From contig CAZALK010000026.1 in NCBI GenBank assembly GCA_964486045.1, positions 1 to 41,446 on the forward strand: a stretch of 41,446 nt of DNA, written 5' to 3'. Source of the stretch: an uncultured archaeon. Lineage in GTDB: Archaea; Asgardarchaeota; Lokiarchaeia; Sigyniarchaeales; SOKP01. The notes beneath the pieces are model-generated. The model saw only the letters and a list, made by a program, of their open reading frames with translations. It made no database searches and had not been told where the DNA came from. Positions within the stretch are counted from its first letter, which is position 1; each line of letters begins with the position of its first letter. Position numbers and translations under genes: made by a program. Shown here one piece after another: positions 19,640-30,021 of this stretch.

Positions 19640-19816
19640 ATTTACACACTTCTAAAAAATTTGATTTCTACAATAAATTAATTATTAAACATATAATAAA
19701 ACGTGGTTGAGAGTCAGAATTTAATAATTGGCTTTTGTTTTAGATAAGTTTATAATATCAGAATATTGATTATTTTATTGAAAATTTACTATAAGTTGAA
19801 AAAGAAGGTAAATATA

Positions 19817-19963
19817 ATGGGTTTTGGAAAGAAATTGAAAAAAGGCATAAAGAAAGGCATTAAAAAAGCAGTAAAGGAAGGAGCAGGTGAAATTAAAGAT
19901 ATGGCAACTGATGCAATAGACGACGCTAAAGATACAGCTAAGGACGCTATAGACGACGCATAA
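19817..19963 (+). CDS. 48-aa small protein with basic N-half and acidic repeat C-half
   Basis: ATG preceded by GAAGGT; T-rich tract follows the stop. Confidence 0.65.
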   Translation: MGFGKKLKKGIKKGIKKAVKEGAGEIKDMATDAIDDAKDTAKDAIDDA

Positions 19964-20093
19964 ACTACTTTTTGAAAAGTATCATTTTTTTTTATTTATC
20001 TGCTTTTTCTTTTATTAATCATAACGCTAAATTTTAAATTCTTATAACATATTAAATTAATAGAAAATATCAAATAAAGAGTTTCACGTCATT

Positions 20094-20381
20094 ATGAAGT
20101 TAAATCTTGAATTTTCTCCACCTTTTAATGAAGTTACTAAAAAATTATTTGATTCCTTTGAATTTGAGGAGGAGTTGACATTATCAGAATTAATTGAGTT
20201 TTTTGGGAAAAAATTTGAAGGTTTTAGTGAACTAGTCTGGGAAAATGGAAAAATAGGGATTTTTAATAAGTTTTTATCGATTATAATAAATGGTAGAAGT
20301 TATCAACATGACAAGTTCTTAGAAACTAAGTTAAAAGATGGAGATCAAATAGTCTTTATTTACATTTATTTTGGTGGTTAA
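20094..20381 (+). CDS. MoaD/ThiS/SAMP ubiquitin-like protein
   Basis: IIINGR...ETKLKDGDQI...C-terminal GG. Confidence 0.88.
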   Translation: MKLNLEFSPPFNEVTKKLFDSFEFEEELTLSELIEFFGKKFEGFSELVWENGKIGIFNKFLSIIINGRSYQHDKFLETKLKDGDQIVFIYIYFGG

Positions 20382-20429
20382 TTTCGAGTTCTTCCTTCAT
20401 TCAGCAAACGAAAGGGTAGAAGTCGTATT

Positions 20430-21464
20430 CTAAATTGATATCAAGAAAATTATCCATATTCCAAATCCCGTGAAGATTGGGTTCAAAATATTATCAGATA
20501 TATTTTTAGCAAATAAATCTACTAACAAAAACGATATTGTGGCTACAATTGCCATTATGAGTATTTTTACTATGGAGACAGGCATCCATGGGTGATATAT
20601 GAATGAAATAATAATAACAATTAAGAATGTTGATACACCACCAGCTATAAAGCCTTCTATTGTTTTATCCGAATTTTTCCTTAGACTATGTTTCCCAAAT
20701 TTTTTTCCAATTACACATGCAGCAGCATCAGCGCCTGTTGCAATTAAAACAACCATCCCCAAAATCGGAAAGGGTGTAAATAAAAAAGGTATAAATGATA
20801 AAACCAAAGGTGTAGAGGCAATGAAGGTATTTTGTTCTTCTTGTCGCATCCCCAAATACCACTTCCTTGCCCATTTTGGGAGAATATAAAACATATTTAA
20901 TCGAGCTAAATCTCCAATTTGAAACATGATAACAAAACCAAAACCAATAGTAACAATTAACCAATATGAGAAACTATAACTATCTAAACCCAGTTGAGGC
21001 AAAACTCCAATATCATCTAAAATTAGGCCTATTGTCCAGAAGAAGAATATCACAAAACAAGTAAAAAGATGTAAAACTTTCCTTTTCCATTCACTCTTCA
21101 AATCATTTACATAATTTTCATTAAATTCTTCACAGTATTTACTGTAATCTCTCTCTGCCATAATTTCAGGATTTCTTCTCGCAGTAAGTCCAATCTGAAA
21201 TAGCACAATTATCCATATTCCTATTTCAATAATTAAAAGTGTTGATGTAAACAACCATAAAAAATTCAATGATTCCTGGCTTAGGGAGGGAGAGTGAAAT
21301 TGGAACATAAAAGGAAACAAGATTCCTGCAATAAAAAATAAAACACCAATTAAAATCTCGTTTATGAATAAGTTATTTTCAATTTTCAATTTTCTATTCT
21401 TTAGTGTATAAATAAAAGTTAAGATTGAATATCCAATGAAAATTATAACGGTTGGTAGGTACAT
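20430..21464 (-). CDS. SEC59/phytol/dolichol kinase-like CTP-dependent membrane kinase
   Basis: RKVLH; ADAAACVIGKKFGK; KTIEGFIAG; ISDNIL. Confidence 0.8.
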   Translation of the reverse strand: MYLPTVIIFIGYSILTFIYTLKNRKLKIENNLFINEILIGVLFFIAGILFPFMFQFHSPSLSQESLNFLWLFTSTLLIIEIGIWIIVLFQIGLTARRNPEIMAERDYSKYCEEFNENYVNDLKSEWKRKVLHLFTCFVIFFFWTIGLILDDIGVLPQLGLDSYSFSYWLIVTIGFGFVIMFQIGDLARLNMFYILPKWARKWYLGMRQEEQNTFIASTPLVLSFIPFLFTPFPILGMVVLIATGADAAACVIGKKFGKHSLRKNSDKTIEGFIAGGVSTFLIVIIISFIYHPWMPVSIVKILIMAIVATISFLLVDLFAKNISDNILNPIFTGFGIWIIFLISI

Positions 21465-21499
21465 TTTATTGTGTATAAATATTGATTATTCTTAAAATA

Positions 21500-22606
21500 T
21501 TATGGAATCCAAGATAAAAGTATCGTATAATAATCTAAATTAAAGAAGAATCGCATGAATATATAGACAATGCTGCACCCAATTGGTATCAATAAGTTAT
21601 CTGATAAATTAAAAGGTTTATTGGTAAGTATATCAAAAATCATATATACAATGGAAAAAATTAGGGACCAGAAAATACCAATAAACAAAAAGCATATCAC
21701 AAAAGAAACCAATGTACCCGTTATTGTGCCTTCCCATGTTTTATTCTTATTCCATAAAATTCTTTTTTTCCCATATCTTATTCCAATTTGACTGGTTATC
21801 ATATCACTAATTGAACTAATCCCTAATATAGCAAAAAATATCATTGGGGGAGAAATCAAAGCAGCAAACATCTGTCCAATCGCAAAAAACAAATAAGAAC
21901 CATAATTTTCTTGCTCCTTTTCTGTTAAATATATCATAGTAAAGAAGTTAAAAGGAAATGAAACGTAATTTGATTTTCGCGTAAATTCATTTGCTAATAT
22001 ACACAAACATACTAAATAAAAAAAGAAAAATAATAGATAATAAAACCAACCAAATGAGAAAAGAACTTCGATAATAGATGCTGGTTTATTTATTAAATTT
22101 AAATACTGTAAAAGCATGTTATTTTCTTCAGGAATCATTCCAGATGAAGAACCTGTTACTAAATTTACTACAAATAATCCCCCATACCAAATTACAAATA
22201 AAAAAATAAAAATAAAGATGTGATTTATTTTTCTAAGTGAGTCTTTTTTAGCCTTACTCCATCCTTTTCGTTTTCTTTCTAATTTTTTAGTTATTTCAGA
22301 AAAGTTCCTCTTAGTTTTGTATTTGTAAATAAAAACCGTTAGAGTTGAGATTAGAATCAGGATGCTGGGAAAAAGTAGGGGTATACCTAGTAATAAAAGC
22401 CATAAAGGGACGAAAAAAGGTTGCAATTCAACTTCCTGATTCATCAGCAATAGAAATAATAAAATTTGGGTAAACACGAAAACTAAAGCACCTAATGCAA
22501 TAAAGTTATTTTGAATATCCAATTTGTGAGAGAGATAAATAAAAACAACAAGGATAAGAAAATAAGACATAACAATAATGAAAAACCAAAAGTAAAAATG
22601 ATCCAT
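21500..22606 (-). CDS. Second SEC59/phytol/dolichol kinase-like membrane protein
   Basis: RKINH; SDMITSQIGIRYGK; KTWEGTITG; LSDNLLIP. Confidence 0.8.
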   Translation of the reverse strand: MDHFYFWFFIIVMSYFLILVVFIYLSHKLDIQNNFIALGALVFVFTQILLFLLLMNQEVELQPFFVPLWLLLLGIPLLFPSILILISTLTVFIYKYKTKRNFSEITKKLERKRKGWSKAKKDSLRKINHIFIFIFLFVIWYGGLFVVNLVTGSSSGMIPEENNMLLQYLNLINKPASIIEVLFSFGWFYYLLFFFFYLVCLCILANEFTRKSNYVSFPFNFFTMIYLTEKEQENYGSYLFFAIGQMFAALISPPMIFFAILGISSISDMITSQIGIRYGKKRILWNKNKTWEGTITGTLVSFVICFLFIGIFWSLIFSIVYMIFDILTNKPFNLSDNLLIPIGCSIVYIFMRFFFNLDYYTILLSWIP

Positions 22607-22769
22607 AACAAATCATAAATATTCTGTATTCTAATTAGATCTGTAAATAATTATTAATTAATAATATATTTTTTTTCACTGATCCTCGATATTTAATTCA
22701 AAATAATCAAACTAATTAAATTTACATTAAAACTCTACTTATTATAAGTTAATCTTTAACTCCACTTTA

Positions 22770-23384
22770 ATGGATAAAGCATTGAGAAAAATTATTTTAG
22801 CTTCAAAATCTATCGATCGAGCTGAGCTCTTAAGTCGTATTGGTATTCCTTTTGAAGTTCTGGTTTCGGATATTGATGAAGAAAAGTTTAAAAAGAAGAT
22901 TTCCGATCCAATTTTATTAGTGAAAGAATTAGCAAAAGCAAAGCTGCTTTATGTAAAAGAAGAACTGGTTGAGAAAAATTCACAAGCATTAATTATCGCA
23001 GCAGATACTGTTGTAGAATTAAAAGGTTTAATCATAGGGAAGGCAAAAAATCCAAAAGAAGCTTTTAAAATACTAAAAAATTTAATGGGAAAAGCTCATA
23101 ACCTGATCACAGGAATTGCGATTACCAGTACTGATGATCCAAAGATTATTATTGACCATACCGTCACATTAGTTGAATTTCTTACACTTTCTGATGCTGA
23201 AATAGATAATTATGTAAAGACTAATGAATGGAAAGGGCGTGCGGGTGGTTATTCTATAAATGATAAAGCAAGTCTATTCATTAGTAAAATAGATGGATCT
23301 TCTTCAAATGTAATAGGACTACCAATGCATAAATTATATGAGATATTAAAAACTGATTTTAAAATAAGTTTGTTTCAGACTTAG
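22770..23384 (+). CDS. maf: Maf family nucleoside triphosphate pyrophosphatase
   Basis: IILASKS..R; IIAADTVV; IIGK; GRAGGY; NVIGLP. Confidence 0.93.
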   Translation: MDKALRKIILASKSIDRAELLSRIGIPFEVLVSDIDEEKFKKKISDPILLVKELAKAKLLYVKEELVEKNSQALIIAADTVVELKGLIIGKAKNPKEAFKILKNLMGKAHNLITGIAITSTDDPKIIIDHTVTLVEFLTLSDAEIDNYVKTNEWKGRAGGYSINDKASLFISKIDGSSSNVIGLPMHKLYEILKTDFKISLFQT

Positions 23385-23395
23385 AAATCTGTTTT

Positions 23396-23566
23396 TTAAC
23401 TTTCTGAAATTTTTCTCCAAACTTTTAAATTTTCATAAAATCTTAAGATTTTTTCAAATTTGTTTATTATATTCTCATAATAATCTCTATCTGCATAAGA
23501 CAATCGAGATAACTTTTTTGCTAGAGTAATTTCACTCTTATAGCGATTAATTTTTTTATCAATCAC
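23396..23566 (-). CDS. Small hypothetical helical protein (56 aa, GTG start; below the ORF-track cutoff)
   Basis: VIDKKINRYKSEITLAKKLSRLSYADRDYYENIINKFEKILRFYENLKVWRKISES fills the maf-DUF1028 gap. Confidence 0.5.
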   Translation of the reverse strand: MIDKKINRYKSEITLAKKLSRLSYADRDYYENIINKFEKILRFYENLKVWRKISES

Positions 23567-23672
23567 ATGGTTTTTTCAAATAAGGTCTTATTTAAAGTGA
23601 AAAAATATCGTGATAATACTTCAGAATAATATTAATCATTAAAATAATAAAAGTCTGTAGTAAATACTGCGC

Positions 23673-24533
23673 TTATTTTTGCTTTAACCTAGAAATATAT
23701 CTAAATAGTGACCCCCATATATACTCATCTTCTCTCTCCTTAACTTCAAAATTATTTGTACCTAACCAATCGCTCAAAGCCCTTCGAGTAGCATCATCAA
23801 ATTCTCCTTTTATATCTCCTTTATAAAATCCATCAATAATTAGTCTTTCTCTTACCGTTTTCATAACTTCTCCTTCGAGTTTGACAATGTCCTTGGGATC
23901 ATCTCTAAGAAGTAAACACATATCATAGATTTCAAAAACCTTTCGCAACTCTTTAATTGGATTGGGATGTTCATCTACTCTTATATCTATATATCTATCT
24001 GTTCCTCCATCATACGCACCTTTTTCCCTTACGATGAGAATTGCTGCCGATTCCATCCCTCTTTTATCTCCCCCCTTTTCTTGACCAGCTTCTAATGCAG
24101 CAAAGAGTTTTTCAATTAAATCCCCTTTGGTTTTTTGAAATGATTTAAACATAGCCTTAACTACTCTTTCTGAATCTAAAATATTACCTTGGCATGCAAA
24201 ATTCTCCCCAACAATATGACCTGCCCAATCAAAACAACTACTCCCTGTAAATGATGCCGCATGACCAAAAGAATCAACAACACCAACTTGTCTTCTTTCC
24301 CTCAATTCGTCATCTTTGATTAAACTTTGAATAGTTTCTTCTGCTGATAATCCCTTCCCTAATAATTCTAATCCTTTCGGACCATAGCTAGTATTAGCAT
24401 GTGCTTGAGTAGCTATACAACCCACTCCTGCTTTTGCAAAGGGAACAACAGCTCCTACTGCCACAAATTTAGATTGAACAGCAATACCCCATCCATTATT
24501 TTTTGGATCAAATGCTACTATTGAAAAAGTCAT
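23673..24533 (-). CDS. DUF1028 Ntn-hydrolase with C-terminal peptidoglycan-binding-like domain
   Basis: MTFSIVA start; ATQA; CQGNIL; GGDKRG.ESAA; DIRVDEHPNP. Confidence 0.88.
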   Translation of the reverse strand: MTFSIVAFDPKNNGWGIAVQSKFVAVGAVVPFAKAGVGCIATQAHANTSYGPKGLELLGKGLSAEETIQSLIKDDELRERRQVGVVDSFGHAASFTGSSCFDWAGHIVGENFACQGNILDSERVVKAMFKSFQKTKGDLIEKLFAALEAGQEKGGDKRGMESAAILIVREKGAYDGGTDRYIDIRVDEHPNPIKELRKVFEIYDMCLLLRDDPKDIVKLEGEVMKTVRERLIIDGFYKGDIKGEFDDATRRALSDWLGTNNFEVKEREDEYIWGSLFRYISRLKQK

Positions 24534-24711
24534 AAGTATTAATTTTGTTCGAAAGCTAAATAACGTTATGATTAGGATTGAGGCTCTTGAATCTAAGTCA
24601 ACCAAGATTTATTTCTTAAAAAAACAACTTATAAATATAAGATTCGCGTAATGAAATTATTAAATACCTTTCAAATTTTATAATACAAATTAGTAAATAA
24701 AATGGTGTAGA

Positions 24712-25047
24712 ATGGCAAAACATTATAAAAATCAGCAATTAATGAAATTGTTAACAATTGTCGGCGCAATTGTAGGGTTACTCACACTGATTCTCGGGTT
24801 AGCGAATATTGAGAATTATGCATTTGTAGATCCATTAGTAACCTTCAATGAGGTTATAGTTTTCATCATGGGTTTAGTTATCGTCGTTTTAACATTCTTA
24901 GTTGGACTTAAACCTGATGACCCGATACCTTTCCACTGGATCGTATTATTAATTTTAGGCATTCTCTTAATAGTCTTTGGAGCAGGAATTTGGGCAGGAA
25001 TATTGTTAATAATAGCGTTTCTAATAGGATTAATCGAAGATCTATAA
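24712..25047 (+). CDS. Small multi-TM membrane protein
   Basis: Four hydrophobic segments; GGTGT upstream. Confidence 0.75.
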   Translation: MAKHYKNQQLMKLLTIVGAIVGLLTLILGLANIENYAFVDPLVTFNEVIVFIMGLVIVVLTFLVGLKPDDPIPFHWIVLLILGILLIVFGAGIWAGILLIIAFLIGLIEDL

Positions 25048-25161
25048 AATAAAAAGAAAAATCAATTAAAATTACCTAATTTTTTCACTTTTTTAGTCTG
25101 TATGCTAAGGTCAACTGATATTAAATAAATTATTTATTTTTTTTTTAATTATTATTTATAC

Positions 25162-26034
25162 TTACATTCTAGCTCTGTTCAAGAAGAAATTGATTATTTC
25201 CTCAGCAATGTTAAAATCTGTCACTTCTTGAAGAGCTGTAAATCCTGGAATTGAATTTACTTCTAATACGAGATAACCGCGTTCGCTTTCAATTATATCA
25301 ACTCCAGAAATTTCAGTTTTAGTTATCTGAGCTGTTTTGATTGCAATATCTTTTAACTCATCTGAAATTTCTAATGGTTTTGCTTTAGCTCCCGCATAAA
25401 TGTTTGTTTTCCAATTATCACCAACTCTACACATACCAGCTACAGCTTTGCCACCTAAAACCAAAATTCGAATATCCCGGTTATGATGCTCGATAAATTC
25501 TTGTAAATAAAAAACCTTGTTAAGCCGACCGAGAGAATATATTACATTCTCAGCAAATGCTCTATCATTCAAGTGAGTAATTCCAACTCCCTTTGATCCA
25601 AAAAGTGGCTTTAAGATGCAATCTCCACCCAATTCTTCAAAAGCTTCTAGAGCGGAATTAGGATCCTCACATATAACTGTTTTGGGTGTTGGAATTTGAT
25701 GTTTGTCTAAAAATACTGAAGTCAAAAATTTGTCACTCGCAATTTCTAAAGATTCCCTGGAGTTTATTAGCTTAACATCGCATTCTTCAATTGCTCTTAA
25801 AACATCAAGCCTAAAAAAAATCTTTTGAGTAACTCCCGCACCAAAACCTCTTACTAAAGCAGCTCTTGGTTCAAGGTTTTTAAATCTGTCTTCAAATTTG
25901 TCTTCAAATGAGACTGAAATCTTCACTGATGAAGGTATAAAATATTCTACTTCAAAACTCTTTTTGTTTAATTCCTTCGTTAAGAGTTGAACTTCAGGAT
26001 CAGAAGGATTTGGAGTAATTATCATTGATTGCAT
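25162..26034 (-). CDS. RimK-family ATP-grasp alpha-L-glutamate ligase (MptN/CofF-like)
   Basis: DKFLT; ILKPLFGSKGVG; YLQEFI; DIRILV; WKTN; LEVNSIPG. Confidence 0.9.
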   Translation of the reverse strand: MQSMIITPNPSDPEVQLLTKELNKKSFEVEYFIPSSVKISVSFEDKFEDRFKNLEPRAALVRGFGAGVTQKIFFRLDVLRAIEECDVKLINSRESLEIASDKFLTSVFLDKHQIPTPKTVICEDPNSALEAFEELGGDCILKPLFGSKGVGITHLNDRAFAENVIYSLGRLNKVFYLQEFIEHHNRDIRILVLGGKAVAGMCRVGDNWKTNIYAGAKAKPLEISDELKDIAIKTAQITKTEISGVDIIESERGYLVLEVNSIPGFTALQEVTDFNIAEEIINFFLNRARM

Positions 26035-26114
26035 TGCAAACTCACCTTAAATAAATTACTTAGTTAAACAATAGCATTAATTTTTAAATAAATTTAATTT
26101 CTTATAAAATATAT

Positions 26115-26738
26115 ATGAAATCAATGGATCTTGAGGATAAAGGATCTGAGATTGAAAATTTAACACAAATGCTTAGTAAAATTCAGAATATTTACTATAA
26201 AAAGAAAGAACAACTTGAAGAACTACAGAATGAAATTTCTGAATTAAAAGAAGTTTTAAATTTCCTTAATTCCATGATTTCGAATAAATCTTTTCAAAGC
26301 GCAGATATAATTTACTCAAAAACTTTACAAGAGGGCAATGAAAAGCAGGTTAAAAACCAATATTTCGTAGATGATATTCCTTCCGAAAGAGTAAAAGATA
26401 CTAATATTAAAAGAAAGATTTTTTCTAAAAGCGATAATAAGGATTCAAAATTATTGTGTATCTTGAATTTTTTGGATCTCAAGAAAGTACAGATAAAAAT
26501 TCTCAACCCGATGGAGAGTAAGATTAGAGAAACATCAGAAAATTTCATACATACTTTTTTAAAAGAAGGTCTTCTAAAGATAAAAGATAACAATCCTAAA
26601 TTAGACTTAAAATATGATTATTTTAAAAATACGGATGTAATTGAACAAATAATTGTTACAAATTTAAAATCAATGGCAGAATATGACTTGATTACTTCTC
26701 AAATGAGAGAACTCTTAACAAAACAAATAATTTCTTAG
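26115..26738 (+). CDS. Hypothetical protein with N-terminal coiled coil
   Basis: Heptad pattern KEQLEELQNEISELKEVLNFL. Confidence 0.7.
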   Translation: MKSMDLEDKGSEIENLTQMLSKIQNIYYKKKEQLEELQNEISELKEVLNFLNSMISNKSFQSADIIYSKTLQEGNEKQVKNQYFVDDIPSERVKDTNIKRKIFSKSDNKDSKLLCILNFLDLKKVQIKILNPMESKIRETSENFIHTFLKEGLLKIKDNNPKLDLKYDYFKNTDVIEQIIVTNLKSMAEYDLITSQMRELLTKQIIS

Positions 26739-26881
26739 AGTTATTAGATCATTAATTTTAACTTGACCTAACCTTTTGATGTGCAAAAAATTATATTGAG
26801 ATAATATATTGTTTAATTAAAGTAGGAAAAATTAATTATTCATCAATCCTATTTAATTTTATCAAAATTATTTAAACAAAT

Positions 26882-27703
26882 GTGTCTATTTTGACAAAGA
26901 AAAACTCTTGGTTACAAATGCCCAAACTTCACTCTAAATTCCATGATGCTAAGTTAGAAGGCGTTTTAATCAAAAAATCAATAGATTTATTAACCGGAAA
27001 TAAAGAAGATACTCCATCCTTCTTATTCCTCTCAGGAGCCTTTTTTGATGTTAAATCTTTTGCTTATTCTGGATTAAGAGCATGGAAAGGTGCTGTAAAA
27101 CCCACAGTTTCAAATGGGGGGAGGAGACCCGTATTAGAAGCTACCTTTGCATCACTATCCGTCTATTTAAGTTCACTCCTCGCGTTACAATCAGACTTTT
27201 ATTTTGCGTATGATGAGATAAAAGAGATTTTAATCGAAAAAAAAAGGGAGGATCTCTGGTCAATAGTTTCAGAAAAACTCCCATTCATTTCTGTACCTCC
27301 AAAAGAGATGTATGGTTCTCAAGTATCCCCAATTTCTCCTTATTTCGTGATAAAACAAGATGAAGAATTAACTTTAGGTGAAATTTACCCCTCAACTTAT
27401 CTATCTAGCATTATAGAAAATATTAAAACAAGATTTTTCGTGTTTTACCAATATCAAGGATATTCGGCCTTTGGATTTTTTAATTCATTACCGAACCTTT
27501 CGAGCTTTGGATTTGAAGAACAAGCACGCGATTTTAATGATGAACCTACATCAGATAATTTAATAAAGTATTTGAAAAACGCTAAAAATATAAAAGAAGT
27601 CTTAATTGCGCTTATTAGTTCACATAATAACGCATTACTCGAACAATTTTTAATCCCCGATTATGAGTTACTCTTAAATAAGCTACTGGAGGGTGAAGCA
27701 TAA
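26882..27703 (+). CDS. Hypothetical protein translationally coupled to the GTPase
   Basis: TAATG stop/start overlap with the next gene. Confidence 0.75.
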   Translation: MSILTKKNSWLQMPKLHSKFHDAKLEGVLIKKSIDLLTGNKEDTPSFLFLSGAFFDVKSFAYSGLRAWKGAVKPTVSNGGRRPVLEATFASLSVYLSSLLALQSDFYFAYDEIKEILIEKKREDLWSIVSEKLPFISVPPKEMYGSQVSPISPYFVIKQDEELTLGEIYPSTYLSSIIENIKTRFFVFYQYQGYSAFGFFNSLPNLSSFGFEEQARDFNDEPTSDNLIKYLKNAKNIKEVLIALISSHNNALLEQFLIPDYELLLNKLLEGEA

Positions 27704-28338
27704 TGGTTAATATAGGATTGTTAGGAGATGTAAGTGTAGGAAAAACTAGTTTACTTCGTCTTTTTGTACGATATCTAAAAAAAGGGGATATTGAAAAGGT
27801 AGAAGGAGGTGCGAAGTGTTCCGTAGTTAAAGCTGATTTTTCTGGTGAGGCAACTGTACCGGGGGGAGAAAAAGAGGATGCTCTTAACGAAAAAGAAACA
27901 AAAACCATCCACCCTAACCGAATTGTGTTTCGGGAAGATAAAACTAACAAAGCACACACGATCTTCGCGCCAGGTGGTGATAGAGCCCGTGCAGTCGTAA
28001 AAATGGGAATTATTACTATATCACGAATCGCTACGCAAATTATTGCTGTTTTTTCACTCGATAGAGATTTAGATCCTCAATTTGAGTTTTTCAACGATGT
28101 AAGATTTTTTCCTGATAAAATTTATGTCTGTATCAATAAAGTTGATTTAATTGAAGGAGATAAGGAAAAAAAAATTGAAGAGATGAAGAAACAAATTCAG
28201 GACTTTTTTGAAGCTCGAAAGATTGCAGTTAGAGAAGTCTTCATTACTTGTGGAGAAACAATTGATACATTTGATGATGTTGAAAAATACAATAATCGAG
28301 TAGCTGAGATGATATTAGAAATCACAACAAAAAATTAA
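27703..28338 (+). CDS. Small Ras-superfamily-like GTPase with atypical G3
   Basis: G1 GDVSVGKTS; G2 Thr in TKTI; FAPGGD at the G3 position; G4 NKVD. Confidence 0.85.
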   Translation: MVNIGLLGDVSVGKTSLLRLFVRYLKKGDIEKVEGGAKCSVVKADFSGEATVPGGEKEDALNEKETKTIHPNRIVFREDKTNKAHTIFAPGGDRARAVVKMGIITISRIATQIIAVFSLDRDLDPQFEFFNDVRFFPDKIYVCINKVDLIEGDKEKKIEEMKKQIQDFFEARKIAVREVFITCGETIDTFDDVEKYNNRVAEMILEITTKN

Positions 28339-28368
28339 AGTTTGGAACTTTCTTATTTTTCCGTTTAA

Positions 28369-28896
28369 TTAATCCTGGTTTTCTTGTTTTAATTTCAACG
28401 CTAACTTTATAAAGAGTTTGTTAAGATCTAACTGATATCCTATAAGAGGAGTTAATTTTACTTGTCCTAAATCATCATCAATTTCGATATATCCTCTCTT
28501 TCGTAATTCCTTTAAATCATCAAAAACAGTTTTTTTATTTCTTAATTTTTCTATCTCATGAATTTTTCCTATTCCCATGTTTCGAAGGCAGCATATCAAA
28601 ACATAGAATAATGTTGCAGCAAGTCTTGGTTTACCCATAAAAGGATTTGCAGAAACTAAGTCCGATGTAGCCATTTCAAATGCAATATACCAGCGAGAAC
28701 CGAGAGGATTAAACCGAATTTGAAGTCCCAACGGTTCAATGTAATTTGATAATTGAATGATAAAATCTTGAAAAAATATAGATTCATTTTTACCATTTAT
28801 GTTTAGCATCTTAATTATTTCCTCTTTAGTTGCACCTATTTGATATTCATTTCCTTTTTTACTTAATAAATGCATTAAAATTGTGAGATCATTCAT
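28369..28896 (-). CDS. Tandem winged-helix protein, KITE-like (ScpB/Nse1/Nse3)
   Basis: QLSNYIEPLGLQIRF...WYI; second WH unit DLKELRKRGYIEI...VKLTP. Confidence 0.5.
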   Translation of the reverse strand: MNDLTILMHLLSKKGNEYQIGATKEEIIKMLNINGKNESIFFQDFIIQLSNYIEPLGLQIRFNPLGSRWYIAFEMATSDLVSANPFMGKPRLAATLFYVLICCLRNMGIGKIHEIEKLRNKKTVFDDLKELRKRGYIEIDDDLGQVKLTPLIGYQLDLNKLFIKLALKLKQENQD

Positions 28897-29242
28897 ATTT
28901 TTAACCCTTATTTATATATATAAAAAATTCGTCTCTTTTTGATATTTAATTTTTCCCTAATTTAACTAAAAAACTTCGAAATTTTTATAGTATTAAATAA
29001 AATACCAAGAATTAAATGTATGTATATTAAAAATATTTGAGAATTGGTTTTTATATGTTAAAAAAAAAAACTTTGTTGAATTTAAAGAATTAAATGAGTT
29101 TAATAATCTTATTGGCTTAAGACTTTCTTCCAATCCTACTAAACTATGAAATAATGATATTTGGATATTATAATGAAAAAAATTTGTAATATATATAAAT
29201 TAGTTTATATAATAATAATTTGAAAGAAAAATCTCGGGTAAA

Positions 29243-29839
29243 ATGACAAATTTTGCAGCTTTTTTAATCGGAATCAATGATTATGATTATTGTGAAGAAT
29301 TAAATTTAGATTATGCTGTGCATGATGTTGAGAGTTTTAAAGAGGTTATTACATTTTACAAACCATTTGATATTCCGAATCGTAATATATTTGATATTAC
29401 AAGTAAGTCGGAGAAAAACCCTTCTAAATCTAACATTTTAAAACTTATACATACAAATTTACAAAAATCTCATAAAGGTGTCGTTTTTTACTTTTCTGGA
29501 CATGGCTTTTCATTAAAAGGAATTCCATATTTAAAACCTTGTGATTATAAAGAAGATGAGAATGGAAATCCTATATTAGATACTGCAATTTCAGTTAAGG
29601 ATTTGTTAGATACATTTGATTTAAATAGTGAGAAGATTATTTTTATAATTGATGCATGTCGCTTAGAATATGATGAAAATGAAAATTTTGATAAAAATTT
29701 AGCAAGTTGTTTTCCTAATTATACTGATATATCAAAATATAAAGTTTTATTACAAGCTTGTTCTTTCGATGAAGAAACCTTTGAAAATTCAGAATTAGGT
29801 CAGGGAATATTCATGATAATAAAAGATCATAAGTTTTAA
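29243..29839 (+). CDS. Caspase-family (peptidase C14) domain protein, probably C-terminally truncated
   Basis: AFLIGINDY; FYFSGHG (His); IIDACR (Cys); ends just after GQGIF. Confidence 0.85.
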   Translation: MTNFAAFLIGINDYDYCEELNLDYAVHDVESFKEVITFYKPFDIPNRNIFDITSKSEKNPSKSNILKLIHTNLQKSHKGVVFYFSGHGFSLKGIPYLKPCDYKEDENGNPILDTAISVKDLLDTFDLNSEKIIFIIDACRLEYDENENFDKNLASCFPNYTDISKYKVLLQACSFDEETFENSELGQGIFMIIKDHKF

Positions 29840-30021
29840 TTTTACATCAAGATCAAATTTTACCTTTGGTTTTTATATATTATTAAAGTATAAAAAATGA
29901 AGTACTCCCCAATCAAGAATCAAAAATGAGTTTTTTAAAGTTAGATATTTTAAAAATTGTATAATGATGGACTCTAAGTCTTTAAAAGATTTGACTTTCA
30001 ATTTTCTTTTCTTACAAAACT

